This document shows, one piece after another, positions 22,201 through 34,300 of a stretch of 64,000 nucleotides of DNA; positions within the stretch are counted from its first letter, which is position 1; the number at the start of each line of letters is the position of its first letter. This stretch comes from Albugo candida (taxonomy: Eukaryota), in the NCBI GenBank assembly GCA_040437565.1, contig JBDOQK010000007.1, positions 62,001 through 126,000 of the forward strand, in the 5' to 3' direction. Both the position numbers and the translations under genes were made by a program. The notes below the pieces were generated by a model. That model did no database searches, was not told where the DNA came from, and was given only the letters and a program-made list of their open reading frames with translations.

Positions 22201-25200
22201 GGGTTCGTACGATCTGTCGAGCTCCTGAAGTTGTTGGAATTCTTGTCGGAGTTCCTCGACAGCAGCACGCATTTTCTCTTGTCTACTTTCGGTCACTCTT
22301 TGTCGTATGTCAGCTTCCGCCTTCAGCTTTGCAGTCTCAATGCTGCAAGCATCACTAGAGTTTTGCATATCTGGAACTTGGAGCTGTTTCAGCGCACTAC
22401 TCGGCACATGATCACTCTTCTCATTTGATGGGATGGTTTCTGGTACAAATTTTGCCGCAGAATCCTCACATGTTGTGCTCCAATGACTTTGTGATTTGTA
22501 GGCTTCCTCGATACGATTCGCATAAGCCCGAGCGCCGTGAAAAACCGCAAGTGATCCGATCTCCGTCGGTGTCGAAGTCCCACTTGACAGAAGCGTCTCC
22601 AATCTATCATCTTTGTTTTCCGAAGCTTTATGTTGAGCATCAAGTTGTTTTTCTTGCAATGCAACAGCTTGTTCTCGACAAGATTGAGCTGCGGTCAAGA
22701 CTTGCTTATGCGTTGAGCTAAGTTGATCAGCTGCGGTCACAATCTCATTACAATCGATCTGCACGATGCTCAAGACTCCGTCACTTCCAGCTGCGAGCAC
22801 AAATGTGTCGTCCCATGACGCATCAAGACATACTTTTCTCGATTGTCGATCGAGTTGGTTGCTGAGACCCGTATCGTGGAATTCTCCCGTAAGGAAGGCG
22901 TACGGTGATGCACTGCTCCGCAGCTGATATTTTCCATTTGAGAGCCCACACAGTACCAATCTCTTTGACGAAGACACGTTTATTCCAACAATGTTTGCGT
23001 GGTGGAGTGACGTGATAGTAGCCGATGCATTGCACCCTGTTTTAGCACAAAGGATCGCTACAGGATCCTCCGAAGCAAAACAGTCCAATGGAACGGGATT
23101 CCCCCATTCACAATGAAACAGTATGCCATGATGTGGAGCCAAACAGCTCAAGAAAAAAGACTTTTGGTCGTTTGGGTCGTAGATCGCACAACACGCAAGT
23201 ACGCTTGCTTTGATTTCATGCTGAAAGTTGCGCTCAACTTTCTCATTGATGGAGCTGTCATTGATACCAGCCACAAACGTTTTCGGAGCAAGAACATCGA
23301 GCTCCTGACTGGTATAGTGACGGAAATGGTGCAAGGCATCGAATTGGATCGACTCAAGTTGAAGCTCGTACGAGTGTCTCTGCTGCTTACTCGTCGAGTC
23401 GGATGTATCATTCAATTGTTCCAATGAACCTGACAGCTTTAATTCCAACACGATGCCATTTTTCTCAGTCAGAAGCACAGCTCCATCATCACTTCTCCAA
23501 GACAGCGATGAGACCGGTGCGTCTATGCGCTGGTATCCGACCGGCATGTACCCGGGCAAAGAACGCTCCGTTCCATCTCGTTTGATGGAAAAGAAAAATA
23601 TCGTGGCATCCTCACTCGCTGTTGCCACATACACACCCGAGGAAGAAAAACTCAGACAATTGATGAGACTTTGATGCGGTTTGAAGACATTTGTTCGAAT
23701 CCAAACCATTGCATCCAAATCCATTAAAAGCACCCGAACAACGCCGTCACTATACCCAACAACAACCTGTCGACTTGAGGCATTTTGGTGTATGCAGTAA
23801 GCTGCTGGATTGGGGACCCAGGCGATACATGTTGCAGATGGAGATGGATCCATTTGCTGCGGGAAACATAGAAAAAGACACTCACTCTCCACGTAATTCC
23901 ACGCGCGAACACTTCCATCCTCACCACACGTTGCAGCCAAATGTTCGTAAGGAGAACATGCGATTCCGTTCACAACACCAGTGGTATTGGGAATATAATT
24001 CAACGTGATGTCGTACTTCTTCAGCTCGATCGTATCGACAGGAAAAGAATCTTCTTGATCAGACGCTGGTGCCATGTTGCCCACAACATCGCTGGGGTAG
24101 AGGAGAATCTGATGAATGCAGCCATTGCCTTCTTGGACCAAAAATCTCTCATGACCATCTTCCAATACAGCTCGAATATTCATCATATCACATACAAGGA
24201 TCTGGCTCAACATTGGTACCAAGGCAACAGACTCCTTTGACGTCATATCAGCCTGTTCGATCGCGCTCAAGGCCCAAAAGCGAATGTATCCATCTCGTCC
24301 AGCCGTCAGAATCCGCTGAGCGCTTGCTTCATATTGTACGACTGAAATCGCGCCATTGTGAGGTTTTTGTTGTGAAGGATATCTATACAATTCAGACTTT
24401 ATAAACTGACCTTCCCATAGCAAAAGAATTCCCGTTTCCGTGCCACTCAAAATGGTTTGATTCGGTAACACGCAAAAGGCTTCGACATCAGTCAATTCGC
24501 TCTTCCCAAACTTTCCCAACTCGCCTTGTAATTTCAAGCCTGTGAATGTCGTAGCCATTTTCCAGAAACGAATGTGTCCAACGCCGCTGGTGGTAAGGAA
24601 TCCGGATTCTTGTGGTGCAAATACGACATTGAAAACCTCTTGTCCAAACGCTTTACATCGAAGCACAATTTGTTCCGACTTCCAATTCCAAACTGTGAGC
24701 ATGCAATCTGGTAGCGAACCAACGGAAGCCATGTAAAATGTGTCCAATTCCGAGCTGAAAGCGATGCAATTATAGCTGCACTCTGTCCCGTTCTGAAGCA
24801 CATTGCATCGCGTTTTGGCTGGGTACTGATAGATGTGAATCATTGGTTTGATTCCTTTTTCTGCGATCGCAAACCATCGCTTGCTCGCATGAACAGCGAC
24901 ACACGATACCCCGCTGCCGCTTTGTCCGAGAAGCGATTCTTGTCGCATTACATTGCGCCAATATGTGCTTTCCAAAGTTTTGGATTCCGATTTTGCGATT
25001 GGGATCGAAAAGGGAGCTAAAGTGAGAATTTTGGCCGAATTCCCAACAGCCAAAAGTAAGATCCCGCCGTGAATATCTGCTTGAGAATACTCTAATAATT
25101 GTATGGAATGGCGTTTACAGCAATCCAAGCCAAATAGTCCGACAAAGTGTAAATGCTCGCGAGGAAGCTCCAAATATTGCAGAGGTCGGGCATACGATTC

Positions 25201-25266
25201 GATTGTGGACGCATTTTCCGTTGTTTGAGGCTCTGAGCCATTATGTGAACCAGAGAAATGATTCAT
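19252..25266 (-). CDS. CFAP44: Cilia- and flagella-associated protein 44 (WDR52)
   Basis: N-terminal WD40 repeats with LRCKAFGQEV and LTTSGVGHIRFWKMATTFTGLKLQGELGKFG. C-terminal coiled coil with GDYKLKSDDDYVVP, an acidic tract followed by CPSGCD..LY, and LKFGQLID. First ATG at 25266. Confidence 0.9.
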   Translation of the reverse strand: MNHFSGSHNGSEPQTTENASTIESYARPLQYLELPREHLHFVGLFGLDCCKRHSIQLLEYSQADIHGGILLLAVGNSAKILTLAPFSIPIAKSESKTLESTYWRNVMRQESLLGQSGSGVSCVAVHASKRWFAIAEKGIKPMIHIYQYPAKTRCNVLQNGTECSYNCIAFSSELDTFYMASVGSLPDCMLTVWNWKSEQIVLRCKAFGQEVFNVVFAPQESGFLTTSGVGHIRFWKMATTFTGLKLQGELGKFGKSELTDVEAFCVLPNQTILSGTETGILLLWEGQFIKSELYRYPSQQKPHNGAISVVQYEASAQRILTAGRDGYIRFWALSAIEQADMTSKESVALVPMLSQILVCDMMNIRAVLEDGHERFLVQEGNGCIHQILLYPSDVVGNMAPASDQEDSFPVDTIELKKYDITLNYIPNTTGVVNGIACSPYEHLAATCGEDGSVRAWNYVESECLFLCFPQQMDPSPSATCIAWVPNPAAYCIHQNASSRQVVVGYSDGVVRVLLMDLDAMVWIRTNVFKPHQSLINCLSFSSSGVYVATASEDATIFFFSIKRDGTERSLPGYMPVGYQRIDAPVSSLSWRSDDGAVLLTEKNGIVLELKLSGSLEQLNDTSDSTSKQQRHSYELQLESIQFDALHHFRHYTSQELDVLAPKTFVAGINDSSINEKVERNFQHEIKASVLACCAIYDPNDQKSFFLSCLAPHHGILFHCEWGNPVPLDCFASEDPVAILCAKTGCNASATITSLHHANIVGINVSSSKRLVLCGLSNGKYQLRSSASPYAFLTGEFHDTGLSNQLDRQSRKVCLDASWDDTFVLAAGSDGVLSIVQIDCNEIVTAADQLSSTHKQVLTAAQSCREQAVALQEKQLDAQHKASENKDDRLETLLSSGTSTPTEIGSLAVFHGARAYANRIEEAYKSQSHWSTTCEDSAAKFVPETIPSNEKSDHVPSSALKQLQVPDMQNSSDACSIETAKLKAEADIRQRVTESRQEKMRAAVEELRQEFQQLQELDRSYEPEHRLDPLEWDIDTCFAEVMQQKGDEACRKVRQELVPILEEENQKVARVRDAFLSNIAVELVTLHGFRNGLTVQTFRTIKLPPSLHGKSDKSEANDLNEKHQTLHAVPPSVLGIVNKNHTLDDTYPLLEEEWRLLKNDRMSEFLDHSSTSSQDFGIAKGQKKANVYGFQARKQMRAARKLTLEKLLANKPGEDADDPRDLVAIAYAQRNLGDYKLKSDDDYVVPDNKRVNAAKKKTQMACLQEKMCTIRIAFSAKVLELRMLKSVLIGEIQQDNETIQILRETIASVSHTLSPNRAIALKEQGDGTQMHYQVDPREWPELREHVTHEEIVHTRMNSESSEHRSQSSKSPLNRLGKLQDSSHIPHSTAAFMESLSAQMSSDPVIVNIRSKIGPTKPLSKKSHSKYCHVGEDIIRRMRGDAVQDLLCVRHLWLCTKFASNNHDTPSTPRHQPLGSLVVTTLHCKSIDEEDLEIRVRLMLQEITRLKKRHEECLNAFDKAVEKLRVEKSELEVYLKECELRLYTQWSELQLLQQFESRENQLNSKLERSTRERNQILKELSDVQELMQMRRKEMEEWTKEEKQIHQDFLLLFQSTASTATSNSAVHQSGSNGSQHPHFLALQRIFKKKKIKRPKKKAVDGTDRIGNNGVDDDEDSDYDMDDSEYDDDDDDDEDDGTCPSGCDLSLYDKILALRERRADIDDVILDLTRVSDDLKKTQERLLSKQRQIDKELQGTGQDIQLFQSEKQLRCNELDVGVALDTQHIRCLTYDKSRAFPWTLNESASSWLVFPTANFQRLSNRIETLQFENKCLRQQFRDLHKQQSVLSKEKTIQQQAIATVQEKCVQLQQLKFGQLIDMELFDKACDVSQLNELQERVRMKEMEIERETLKMKRGRQDLALDLLKATQTNTQLLGKIATLNKQQFELEKELNQLHATQQQTTKHDQANLEKEIADRNKLMRLAKLQARELDGLRQEIRLLRYNFKKIPL

Positions 25267-25537
25267 GCGGAAGCGGCGGATTTGACGAATGCGAGAGTAA
25301 AAATAGCGATAAAAATGGATTTTGGAATAATTAGATCGAAAGATATACACTCCAACGCTGTGTAGATTCCGTCATGATCTCGGTGGATCGAGCTTCATCG
25401 CCTGTATCATTGCTTGATTGTAATATGTCACCGCGTTNNNNNNNNNNNNNNNNNNNNNNNNNNNNNNNNNNNNNNNNNNNNNNNNNNNNNNNNNNNNNNN
25501 NNNNNNNNNNNNNNNNNNNNNNNNNNNNNNNNNNNNN

Positions 25538-26376
25538 AATCCGGATTCTTGTGGTGCAAATACGACATTGAAAACCTCTTGTCCAAACGCTTTACATCGA
25601 AGCACAATTTGTTCCGACTTCCAATTCCAAACTGTGAGCATGCAATCTGGTAGCGAACCAACGGAAGCCATGTAAAATGTGTCCAATTCCGAGCTGAAAG
25701 CGATGCAATTATAGCTGCACTCTGTCCCGTTCTGAAGCACATTGCATCGCGTTTTGGCTGGGTACTGATAGATGTGAATCATTGGTTTGATTCCTTTTTC
25801 TGCGATCGCAAACCATCGCTTGCTCGCATGAACAGCGACACACGATACCCCGCTGCCGCTTTGTCCGAGAAGCGATTCTTGTCGCATTACATTGCGCCAA
25901 TATGTGCTTTCCAAAGTTTTGGATTCCGATTTTGCGATTGGGATCGAAAAGGGAGCTAAAGTGAGAATTTTGGCCGAATTCCCAACAGCCAAAAGTAAGA
26001 TCCCGCCGTGAATATCTGCTTGAGAATACTCTAATAATTGTATGGAATGGCGTTTACAGCAATCCAAGCCAAATAGTCCGACAAAGTGTAAATGCTCGCG
26101 AGGAAGCTCCAAATATTGCAGAGGTCGGGCATACGATTCGATTGTGGACGCATTTTCCGTTGTTTGAGGCTCTGAGCCATTATGTGAACCAGAGAAATGA
26201 TTCATGCGGAAGCGGCGGATTTGACGAATGCGAGAGTAAAAATAGCGATAAAAATGGATTTTGGAATAATTAGATCGAAAGATATACACTCCAACGCTGT
26301 GTAGATTCCGTCATGATCTCGGTGGATCGAGCTTCATCGCCTGTATCATTGCTTGATTGTAATATGTCACCGCGTT
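25538..26376. repeat. Direct duplicate of 24599-25437 across a 100-N gap (probable assembly artefact)
   Basis: 839 bp, apparently identical at offset 939. It creates a spurious second CFAP44 5' end. Confidence 0.85.
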
Positions 26377-27808
26377 ATGTAGACGCTGAAACATCTGCAG
26401 ACAGAAGAAGCGTTCGGATCAATACACTGACAGTGTTTCTGCAACGATAAACGCACCTCTTTGATTTCGAGGACTTGGCGTTGATATTTTGCTTCTTTTT
26501 CTTGACACTGGCGTTCAATTTCTCTTCGTTTCGAGTGATTCGTCGCAATTCGATCGTGTGCATTCGATTGTGCATTCTCTACTTGCTGCAATTCTTGACG
26601 CGCGGCTTCCAACGCGTTTTCCGCAGCCTGCATCATGATACTAGCTTCCTCTTTGTAGCTTACAAGATCACGCTGTTTCGCGTCCAACACTTTCTCGAGA
26701 CGTTTGCGTTGTGACAGATACTCGATCGCTTTCTGTTGATTGCATTCCATCTCGCTCTTTAGATCATGTACGTTTTGTTTAGCTTGTTTGCATTTGTTCA
26801 ACAGTATCTCCAAATCCAAAAGTCCCTGTATCGTCTTCTTCATATCTTTTTCAGTGCGTTGAAAAGTGTCACGCATCAAAAGTAATTCTCTCTGTCGTTT
26901 ATCATGTCGCATTACTTCTTCGCGTGCTTCTTCCACAGTCGTAGCAATATGCGATATCTCTACTTTGATTCGATCCGGCGATGTCACAATCTGATTCTTC
27001 AACCTCTTAATCTCCTCCTGGGCGTCTAATATCTGTGCGTCGTATGTCGCAATCTCACTCCGCAATTCTTTTGTTTTATTGCGAAGCAATCCAGTCTCAT
27101 GTCGAAGTGTCGCTTGCTTTGTATTAAGTGTGTTAATTTCTTGCTCATACGCTTGACACTCTTGCGTCAATTGTTCGATCGCTGGTTCCTCTGCAACTCG
27201 TTCCTGCTGCAAATCATTCAGCTCTGCTTCTAATTTGATATTCTCGTCTTGTTGTCTCGAACGCATGATCAGTATATCTTCCTAATGGACACAGTGAGAT
27301 TCGTTACAGTCGAGTAAAAGCTTACCGTCTCTTTCGAAAGACCCGCAAATGTTGACAAGCGTTCTTCTCTGAATTTAGCAAAGTTTATCAGAGCACTCAG
27401 TTGTCGTCTCAGCCGTTTTGGCGAAGGATAGAGCAGATCTCGAAAACTAAAGTCATAAATGCCGCAGTATCCCATCAGTTTGCTGATTGTGCGAAAAAAT
27501 GTGAGCTCGGGAATGGATTCTTCGTGTAATTCGGGGAAATCGAGTGCACGAAGCCCCGAAAACGCCGGTTGACCCATCTCTTCTTTTGTGATTCCCATAA
27601 TCTTCTCAATAAATACTTCAAATATTCGGCGGATAAGCGGTGGCTCATATTTGCGGATGTCGGGATCGTTTACTGTTATTTGCATATTCCGAAGAACAGA
27701 ATATATTTCAGAGGCTTTTAATAGCGGAAAGGAGTACACGTGGAGAGGAGCATTATTGGACGTGACTGCTGCTGTCGATGAAGGTCCGTTCAAGCGGCGA
27801 TCTTGCAT
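26311..27808 (-). CDS. NUF2: Kinetochore protein Nuf2 (3 exons; introns 27325-27282 and 26456-26395)
   Basis: YSFPLLKASEI, DFSFRDLLYP.PKRLRRQLSALINFAKFREERL, IVTSPDRIK and a long coiled coil. GT-AG introns join the ORFs in frame, ending ..KLDPPRS*. Confidence 0.92.
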
Positions 27809-27915
27809 TGGCGCCAATCGCTTCTTTAGAGGAGACGATAAATCGATCGATTAGACTGAATCTCAGTATACGAGGCATTAACACCCAATCGTTTATCGAG
27901 ATACTTGCTCGATTT

Positions 27916-30900
27916 ATGGCTGCACATCGACGCACAAAGAAGACAAAGACAAAATGGGTTCCTGTGGTGAATGGAACTGTGCCAAAGTCAGTAAAGGAGG
28001 TGCCTACTAGTAGCTTGTCAAGTAAGGAACAAGATGCTCAAAAAATGAAGGAAAAAAGCGCAACAATCGAAGAAATAGTTGCAACAAAGACTCGAAAGCC
28101 ATCTTTTCTATGGGAAGCGCTATTACACGAGCCCCAAGATAAGCTTTTCGATGCAGGTTTCAAAGCGCGTAATGGGAAACCTCCAACGATGAAAATGAAG
28201 TTGGACTTTGTGTACTGCATACTGAATCAAGTGTACATGTGTAACAGCGCTGAAAGTTTCGATAACGAAAAAGCTTTATTGAGATGCTGGGAATTGCATC
28301 AAAATGTGATGTGGCTTCGGGAGCAGAGAAGTCAGAAAAACGAGCAGGATGACACAGGTGTGGAAGAAGAGACTGTGGATAGTACGCTGCAATCCGAGTC
28401 CGTTCATCTGATCCTTCAACTGGCACAAACACAATTAATAAATACTATGGAATGTGTGCATTCTTTCTTACAAACGAACGTCTCAGTAGGAGAGGAACCC
28501 AGTAAGAAGAAGAAAAAGCGTTCGAAAAACAAATCCAAAAATGCAAAGAACGAAGAAGAACCAAATCAAATACACGCAAACGGGAACCAGATCGAAGGTA
28601 CAAACGTCGAAAATCAGGTTTCTTTGGAAGCAAGTGTCGTCTCCACTGAGAAAAAGTTGCTGAATACACACAACGACAGCGAGAAAATACCAATCAGCGG
28701 TGTTGAACGATTCTTTATCGCTGAAATCATCAATATCACGACTGAAATCGTCAAATGCCGAGTTCCTTGGCGAGATCGAGAACTTTTGGTCAAGTGGCAA
28801 ACAACGATTGATTCGACCAAGCAAAAGCTCCACGAGTGTGAATATCTGTGGAATCATGCAAAGTACAAAAAAGCTACAAAAAGTCCATTTCGTGCAACTA
28901 TCAGTGTGTGTAACAATCGTCAGAGAGATTTGCAGGAATTCGCGGAATTTCTTCATACCTCTGAAGAAAAAGAAAGAAATGGCTTTCGTCCACTGCTCGC
29001 TCTTAAAGTGCCATCAGAATTGCACGAGTCTGTGTATTCGATCAACGAAGAAATATGGAATTTATTCTCATCTTTGCACATCAATGAACAGGTAGATGCA
29101 TATTGTAGGCGTGTTGTAGCCCTCCATGTCGCTAAGGTTTTGTCTTACGCCATAGGATGAGCAATGCAGGCTTGACATTGCCCATCGCATTCAGCAATTA
29201 CTACATCAACGAAAATTCAAGCTGTGTCTCAGTCACACATTGCGCGTATACGGCAGTTCGAAATCCGGTTTTGGAGCCAAGTCTGCAGACATCGATCTCT
29301 GTTTCTGTGAAAATCAAGTTCCTTCATTGACACATCCGCAAGATATGTCACTTCGATTTGCATCCATGCAACTACAGAACGCTGCCAATGTTCAGAATGA
29401 GGAAGCTGGAGCACTATCCTTCGTATACCTTCTAAACATGCAACAGCAAGTTTGGGACAAGCTAGAGAAGCTCAAGGTCAAGCCGGGGAAGGACAATGCA
29501 ACAGAAAGCGGGGAGCTAGAAAACGTCGACCAAAATCGCATTGATGGAAAGAGTAAGAATACGATAAAAGGCGAAAAAGAAGAGGTGAAGGAATGTATTA
29601 TCGCTCATTTAAGACATTTCTACTCCATTTTACAGCAAATGTGCCGAAATTGTGGACAATCTGAAGCTTCTTCAAATTCCATGAAGACGTCAAGCACAGA
29701 ACCCTCACCAAATGTGCCGATCGATAAAGCCAATCTCTTCAAAGTGCGAGATATTTTAGTAGGATGTGGGTACGATATTCGCGCTATCATTCACCACGCC
29801 CGAATCCCAATCATTCGTTTCCTCGATCGAGCATCACAAATAGAGTGCGATTTGAGCTTTGGAAACATTTTTGCATCATCGAATACGCTTTTATTGCGAT
29901 CGTACGCGCATTTGGACAAAAGACTTCGAATTATTGGATTTGCTGTCAAACATTGGGCAAAGTGTCGAGGCCTCGTGGATGCTGCATNNNNNNNNNNNNN
30001 NNNNNNNNNNNNNNNNNNNNNNNNNNNNNNNNNNNNNNNNNNNNNNNNNNNNNNNNNNNNNNNNNNNNNNNNNNNNNNNNNNNNNNNACACATTGCGCGT
30101 ATACGGCAGTTCGAAATCCGGTTTTGGAGCCAAGTCTGCAGACATCGATCTCTGTTTCTGTGAAAATCAAGTTCCTTCATTGACACATCCGCAAGATATG
30201 TCACTTCGATTTGCATCCATGCAACTACAGAACGCTGCCAATGTTCAGAATGAGGAAGCTGGAGCACTATCCTTCGTATACCTTCTAAACATGCAACAGC
30301 AAGTTTGGGACAAGCTAGAGAAGCTCAAGGTCAAGCCGGGGAAGGACAATGCAACAGAAAGCGGGGAGCTAGAAAACGTCGACCAAAATCGCATTGATGG
30401 AAAGAGTAAGAATACGATAAAAGGCGAAAAAGAAGAGGTGAAGGAATGTATTATCGCTCATTTAAGACATTTCTACTCCATTTTACAGCAAATGTGCCGA
30501 AATTGTGGACAATCTGAAGCTTCTTCAAATTCCATGAAGACGTCAAGCACAGAACCCTCACCAAATGTGCCGATCGATAAAGCCAATCTCTTCAAAGTGC
30601 GAGATATTTTAGTAGGATGTGGGTACGATATTCGCGCTATCATTCACCACGCCCGAATCCCAATCATTCGTTTCCTCGATCGAGCATCACAAATAGAGTG
30701 CGATTTGAGCTTTGGAAACATTTTTGCATCATCGAATACGCTTTTATTGCGATCGTACGCGCATTTGGACAAAAGACTTCGAATTATTGGATTTGCTGTC
30801 AAACATTGGGCAAAGTGTCGAGGCCTCGTGGATGCTGCATGCGGATACTTGAGCTCCTACTCCTTCATCGTTATGACCATATATTACTATCTCGTACGCA

Positions 30901-31376
30901 CGCATTTGATTGCAAATTTACAAGATCACCAATTGATCCAGGAATGCCATCCGGAACACACCGACAACCTTCCAATGTTTTGCACACAACTCGAGCATGC
31001 TCGTCAGTATCATACCGCACATTTGGCAGCAAAAGGTGAACGCATGCTCGAACAAGTGGATTTGCGAGCATTACTCGTTGGATTCTTTGACTTTTATGCG
31101 AATATTTTCAATTTTGCGTCTCATGTGATTTGTATTCGTTTGGCGCGCAGCATTCTACCGATAGAGTACATTGATAAAATCGATCGATGGGGAACCAAAG
31201 CGAAGATATGGCGGATAAGCATTGAGGATCCTCTGGAAGTAGATCGTGATCTTGGCTGTGTGCTACGACCTCACAATCAGAATAGAATCATTCAAGAATT
31301 CACACGCGCATACAAATTGCTCACAAGCGGACAAAGCTTTGTCGGTTCCGTTTGTACTCCAAAATGTAAAAAGTAA
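27916..31376 (+). CDS. Cid1/TUTase-family non-canonical RNA terminal nucleotidyltransferase (intron 29092-29155; 29235-29987 duplicated by assembly)
   Basis: YGSSKSGFGAKSADIDL (GS..DxD), ARIPIIRF, ECDLSF, VKHWAK.RGL.DA..GYLSSYS and the nucleotide-recognition motif ISIEDPLEVDRDLG. Confidence 0.88.
30088..30840. repeat. Direct duplicate of 29235-29987 across a 100-N gap (probable assembly artefact)
   Basis: 753 bp, apparently identical at offset 853. Confidence 0.85.
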
Positions 31377-31385
31377 ATCATTGGA

Positions 31386-34300
31386 TTATTTGTCGAGTTT
31401 GCTCAGGCTGTACGCGACTGGTTTCGGCATGTATTCCATCATTCTTCTCGTGGATAGCGTGCTTGGTTTCTGCACTGGCGCGAGTTTCGGAATGGAGCGT
31501 TGTGGTGTCCTGAGATCGAGCAGTGTGCTTTGTCGATGCTTCGCTTGATTGTGGTGAATACGATCGACCTCTACAGGTATTAATGATAGCCGTCCAAGCG
31601 GCAAATTGTCAGTTTGGTCAAAGCTTTCAGTAGCGATACTCTCGTCTCCGACCACTTCCTCAAGATCACCAGCATTTGAATGTCTTCGGTCCCGGACAGG
31701 GCTCATGACCGATATAGAATATCGCGTGTTCGCACTGCGGGCAGTTGCAGTCACATAAAATGTGATGGATGTAGCTGTGCCTATTCCACTGGAAAGACCC
31801 GCAATCTCGTGAGCATGAATGGATATCGTTCTAGTACTCCGAGGTGCGTCTTTATCGAAATCATCGCCATCTTGTTCGATTCTGACAGAACTCCATTGAT
31901 GCGCACGACTCGGAGTCTTCCAATCGGTAGACATAAACATATCGGCACTTCCTTGAAAACTGCAGAGCTGCACTTTAATGACCGGGAAGGAGTCATTGTC
32001 TACTTGTCCGTGTTCACGACTCCATGTATACTGATACAACGCACACGATCCCGGCTTTGATAACATTCCATGCAGCTCCTCACCAATCGCCAACTCCGAT
32101 GGAAAGCTCAATTGTCTTTCTGTGCAAAGCTCAGAGACAGAGCTATCTGCCGGAGATTGTTCTCTATGCTTACATCCATGAAACAGCAGCCTTTCATTTG
32201 CTTCGAAAATATCGTTCCATTTTTTCCTCATGGCTTCCTCCAATTCCTTACTCAAAACTACTTCCTGCTCCAATGGATACAAAGCCTTTTCTCGATACAA
32301 AGCTTCTTCTGTGGCATCGTCTAATCGGAGTCGAGTCTTTGCAAGTTGAGACATAAGACTGGAAGCAGTAGTACGCTCGTCCTCTTCTGATACATCTCTT
32401 TCACGAATTGCTTTGACTTGTTGCTCAGTACGATCATCGCATTCACTTTTCTCCGGCACCCGATAGCCCAATTGCGAAAAAGTATCAGAGTCAGGTTCCC
32501 GAGAAAGACTTTGGGGGAATTCCATCTCGTCGATGGAGTTCGTTTGACTATCCGTCGCCTCCGCAGGCGCAGTGATCGTTTCCAAATCCTCTTCGAATAC
32601 GGTGAACGTATCATCGACACTCTCATGTTGTGGTTCAGACTCCAATGTGTCACCTGCAGCGTTCAGAGTCTCCAAGACACTTTTGTCCGCAAATACTTGC
32701 GATTCCTCAACGCTATTCTCATCGTCACAGCTCAGGTTCTCATCCTCCTTACCTGCGTCCACGAGCTGAGGATCAGGTGAGAAAGCTTCCTCCTGTAAAG
32801 ATGGGTCCGGTAATGTACGCGCTGAATGTGCTGTTGTCATACTGCTCGAGTCTTCAGCCACACAAAGCACTTTTTCAAGCAATCCAAGTCGGATTTTCTT
32901 TCTCACTACTCGCTTCTTTAAAGGAGCGCTGAATCCCCGAGCCTGACGCACGCGACGACGCGCTTCGCTCAATGCTTGAGCCATTGCTTTCTTCCTCGTT
33001 TCTTGTTGTTCAATTGATCGCAATGTGATTCGATGCAGCAGCTCGGAATCTTCTCTGTGATGAATTCCATCTGAACACCTCTGAGATTTTGCATTTGTAC
33101 CCACAGCCTCGAGAAGCTGAGCCTTTATCGAACGAGCAGCTGTTGCGATCGGTTTGACACTTGCGGCTGTCATTACAACTGGAGGTAAGGTGGGAATCTC
33201 ATCTCTCTCTTTCAGCACTACTTCCTGTTGGTATATCGTGGCGGGTTTTCGATCCGTCTTTCGGCTTTTGATCTCACGTTTGCTGTCGAAGCGTGCGTGA
33301 GAGAATTCTTGCGCTGGGAAGGTCTTGCTGCAGAGAACAGGTGTGCTGTGGCAGTGACGCAAGACGGGATGCTCTCCATCGATATACAGCCCGGCAGTAG
33401 TACATTCCATCTGCTTATCCAAAAGCATCTCAGCACTTAGCGAGGAATGCATGAGTTTCTTCAAGTGGAATGTGCCTTGCTGATACAAAGTGGAAACTGT
33501 GTGATCCATCGAATAGAGCCAAGTGACATCATAGTCGACGTTGTGGTTGTATTTGGGGAGATTGGATTTCCTTACTCGCTGCATAAAAGTGAGAATTGCA
33601 TCTTGTGTCTCGGACGGGATGCCGAGTCTGTGATCTTGGCAAAATACGGTCATCCGATGGAGACTCAGCATCTCAGCAGTTTGTTTGTTCCGTGTGAGAT
33701 AGAGCATAGCCCAAAAGTCGATGTACGATATTGCTCCATCGTGTTCAGTGTCTCGAAATCGCAGTATTATCGCACAAAGAGCGAGATGAATAGCTTCTTC
33801 AGCATCGAAATAAAGCGAATCAGCGATCCAGAAATGACGCAATTTGAGCCACACTTGTTGGAATACGTTCTCTGGAACTGCTCCAGAACGATGAGGGTCG
33901 TGAAATAAGAAACATGTCAATAGAAACTGCAATTTATCCAAATTGGTGCTGACACTTTGCGAATGTATCGATTCGGATGCGATGTAGACGCCAAAGAGAG
34001 CACAACGAGCACCTTCCAAGTCGATTTCGTCCTGTTGCCATACTTGGATAATCATCCTCACCATTCGATTCAGACCAAGCTGATGATTGTGGCAGCCCGA
34101 AAGTGCAGCCAAGATATCACTTAATAGTCTTGGGCTTACGATCAAGTAATCGCTTATGTCTTTGATGCAGGCCAAAGCGCTGGCAATCGGTACATATCGA
34201 TGTAATTCGTGGTTTTCGGAGCGAGTGATGATGGCGTCTCTGCTGATAAGCCACGCTTCTGCTGAGATACAAAAAGCTACTAATTCTTTTGGAGCTTCAT

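Noticed and set aside
25372-26289. Short CFAP44 paralogue fused to a novel C-terminus
   Set aside because: It is the duplicated contig end read through Ns into a duplicate of the last NUF2 exon.
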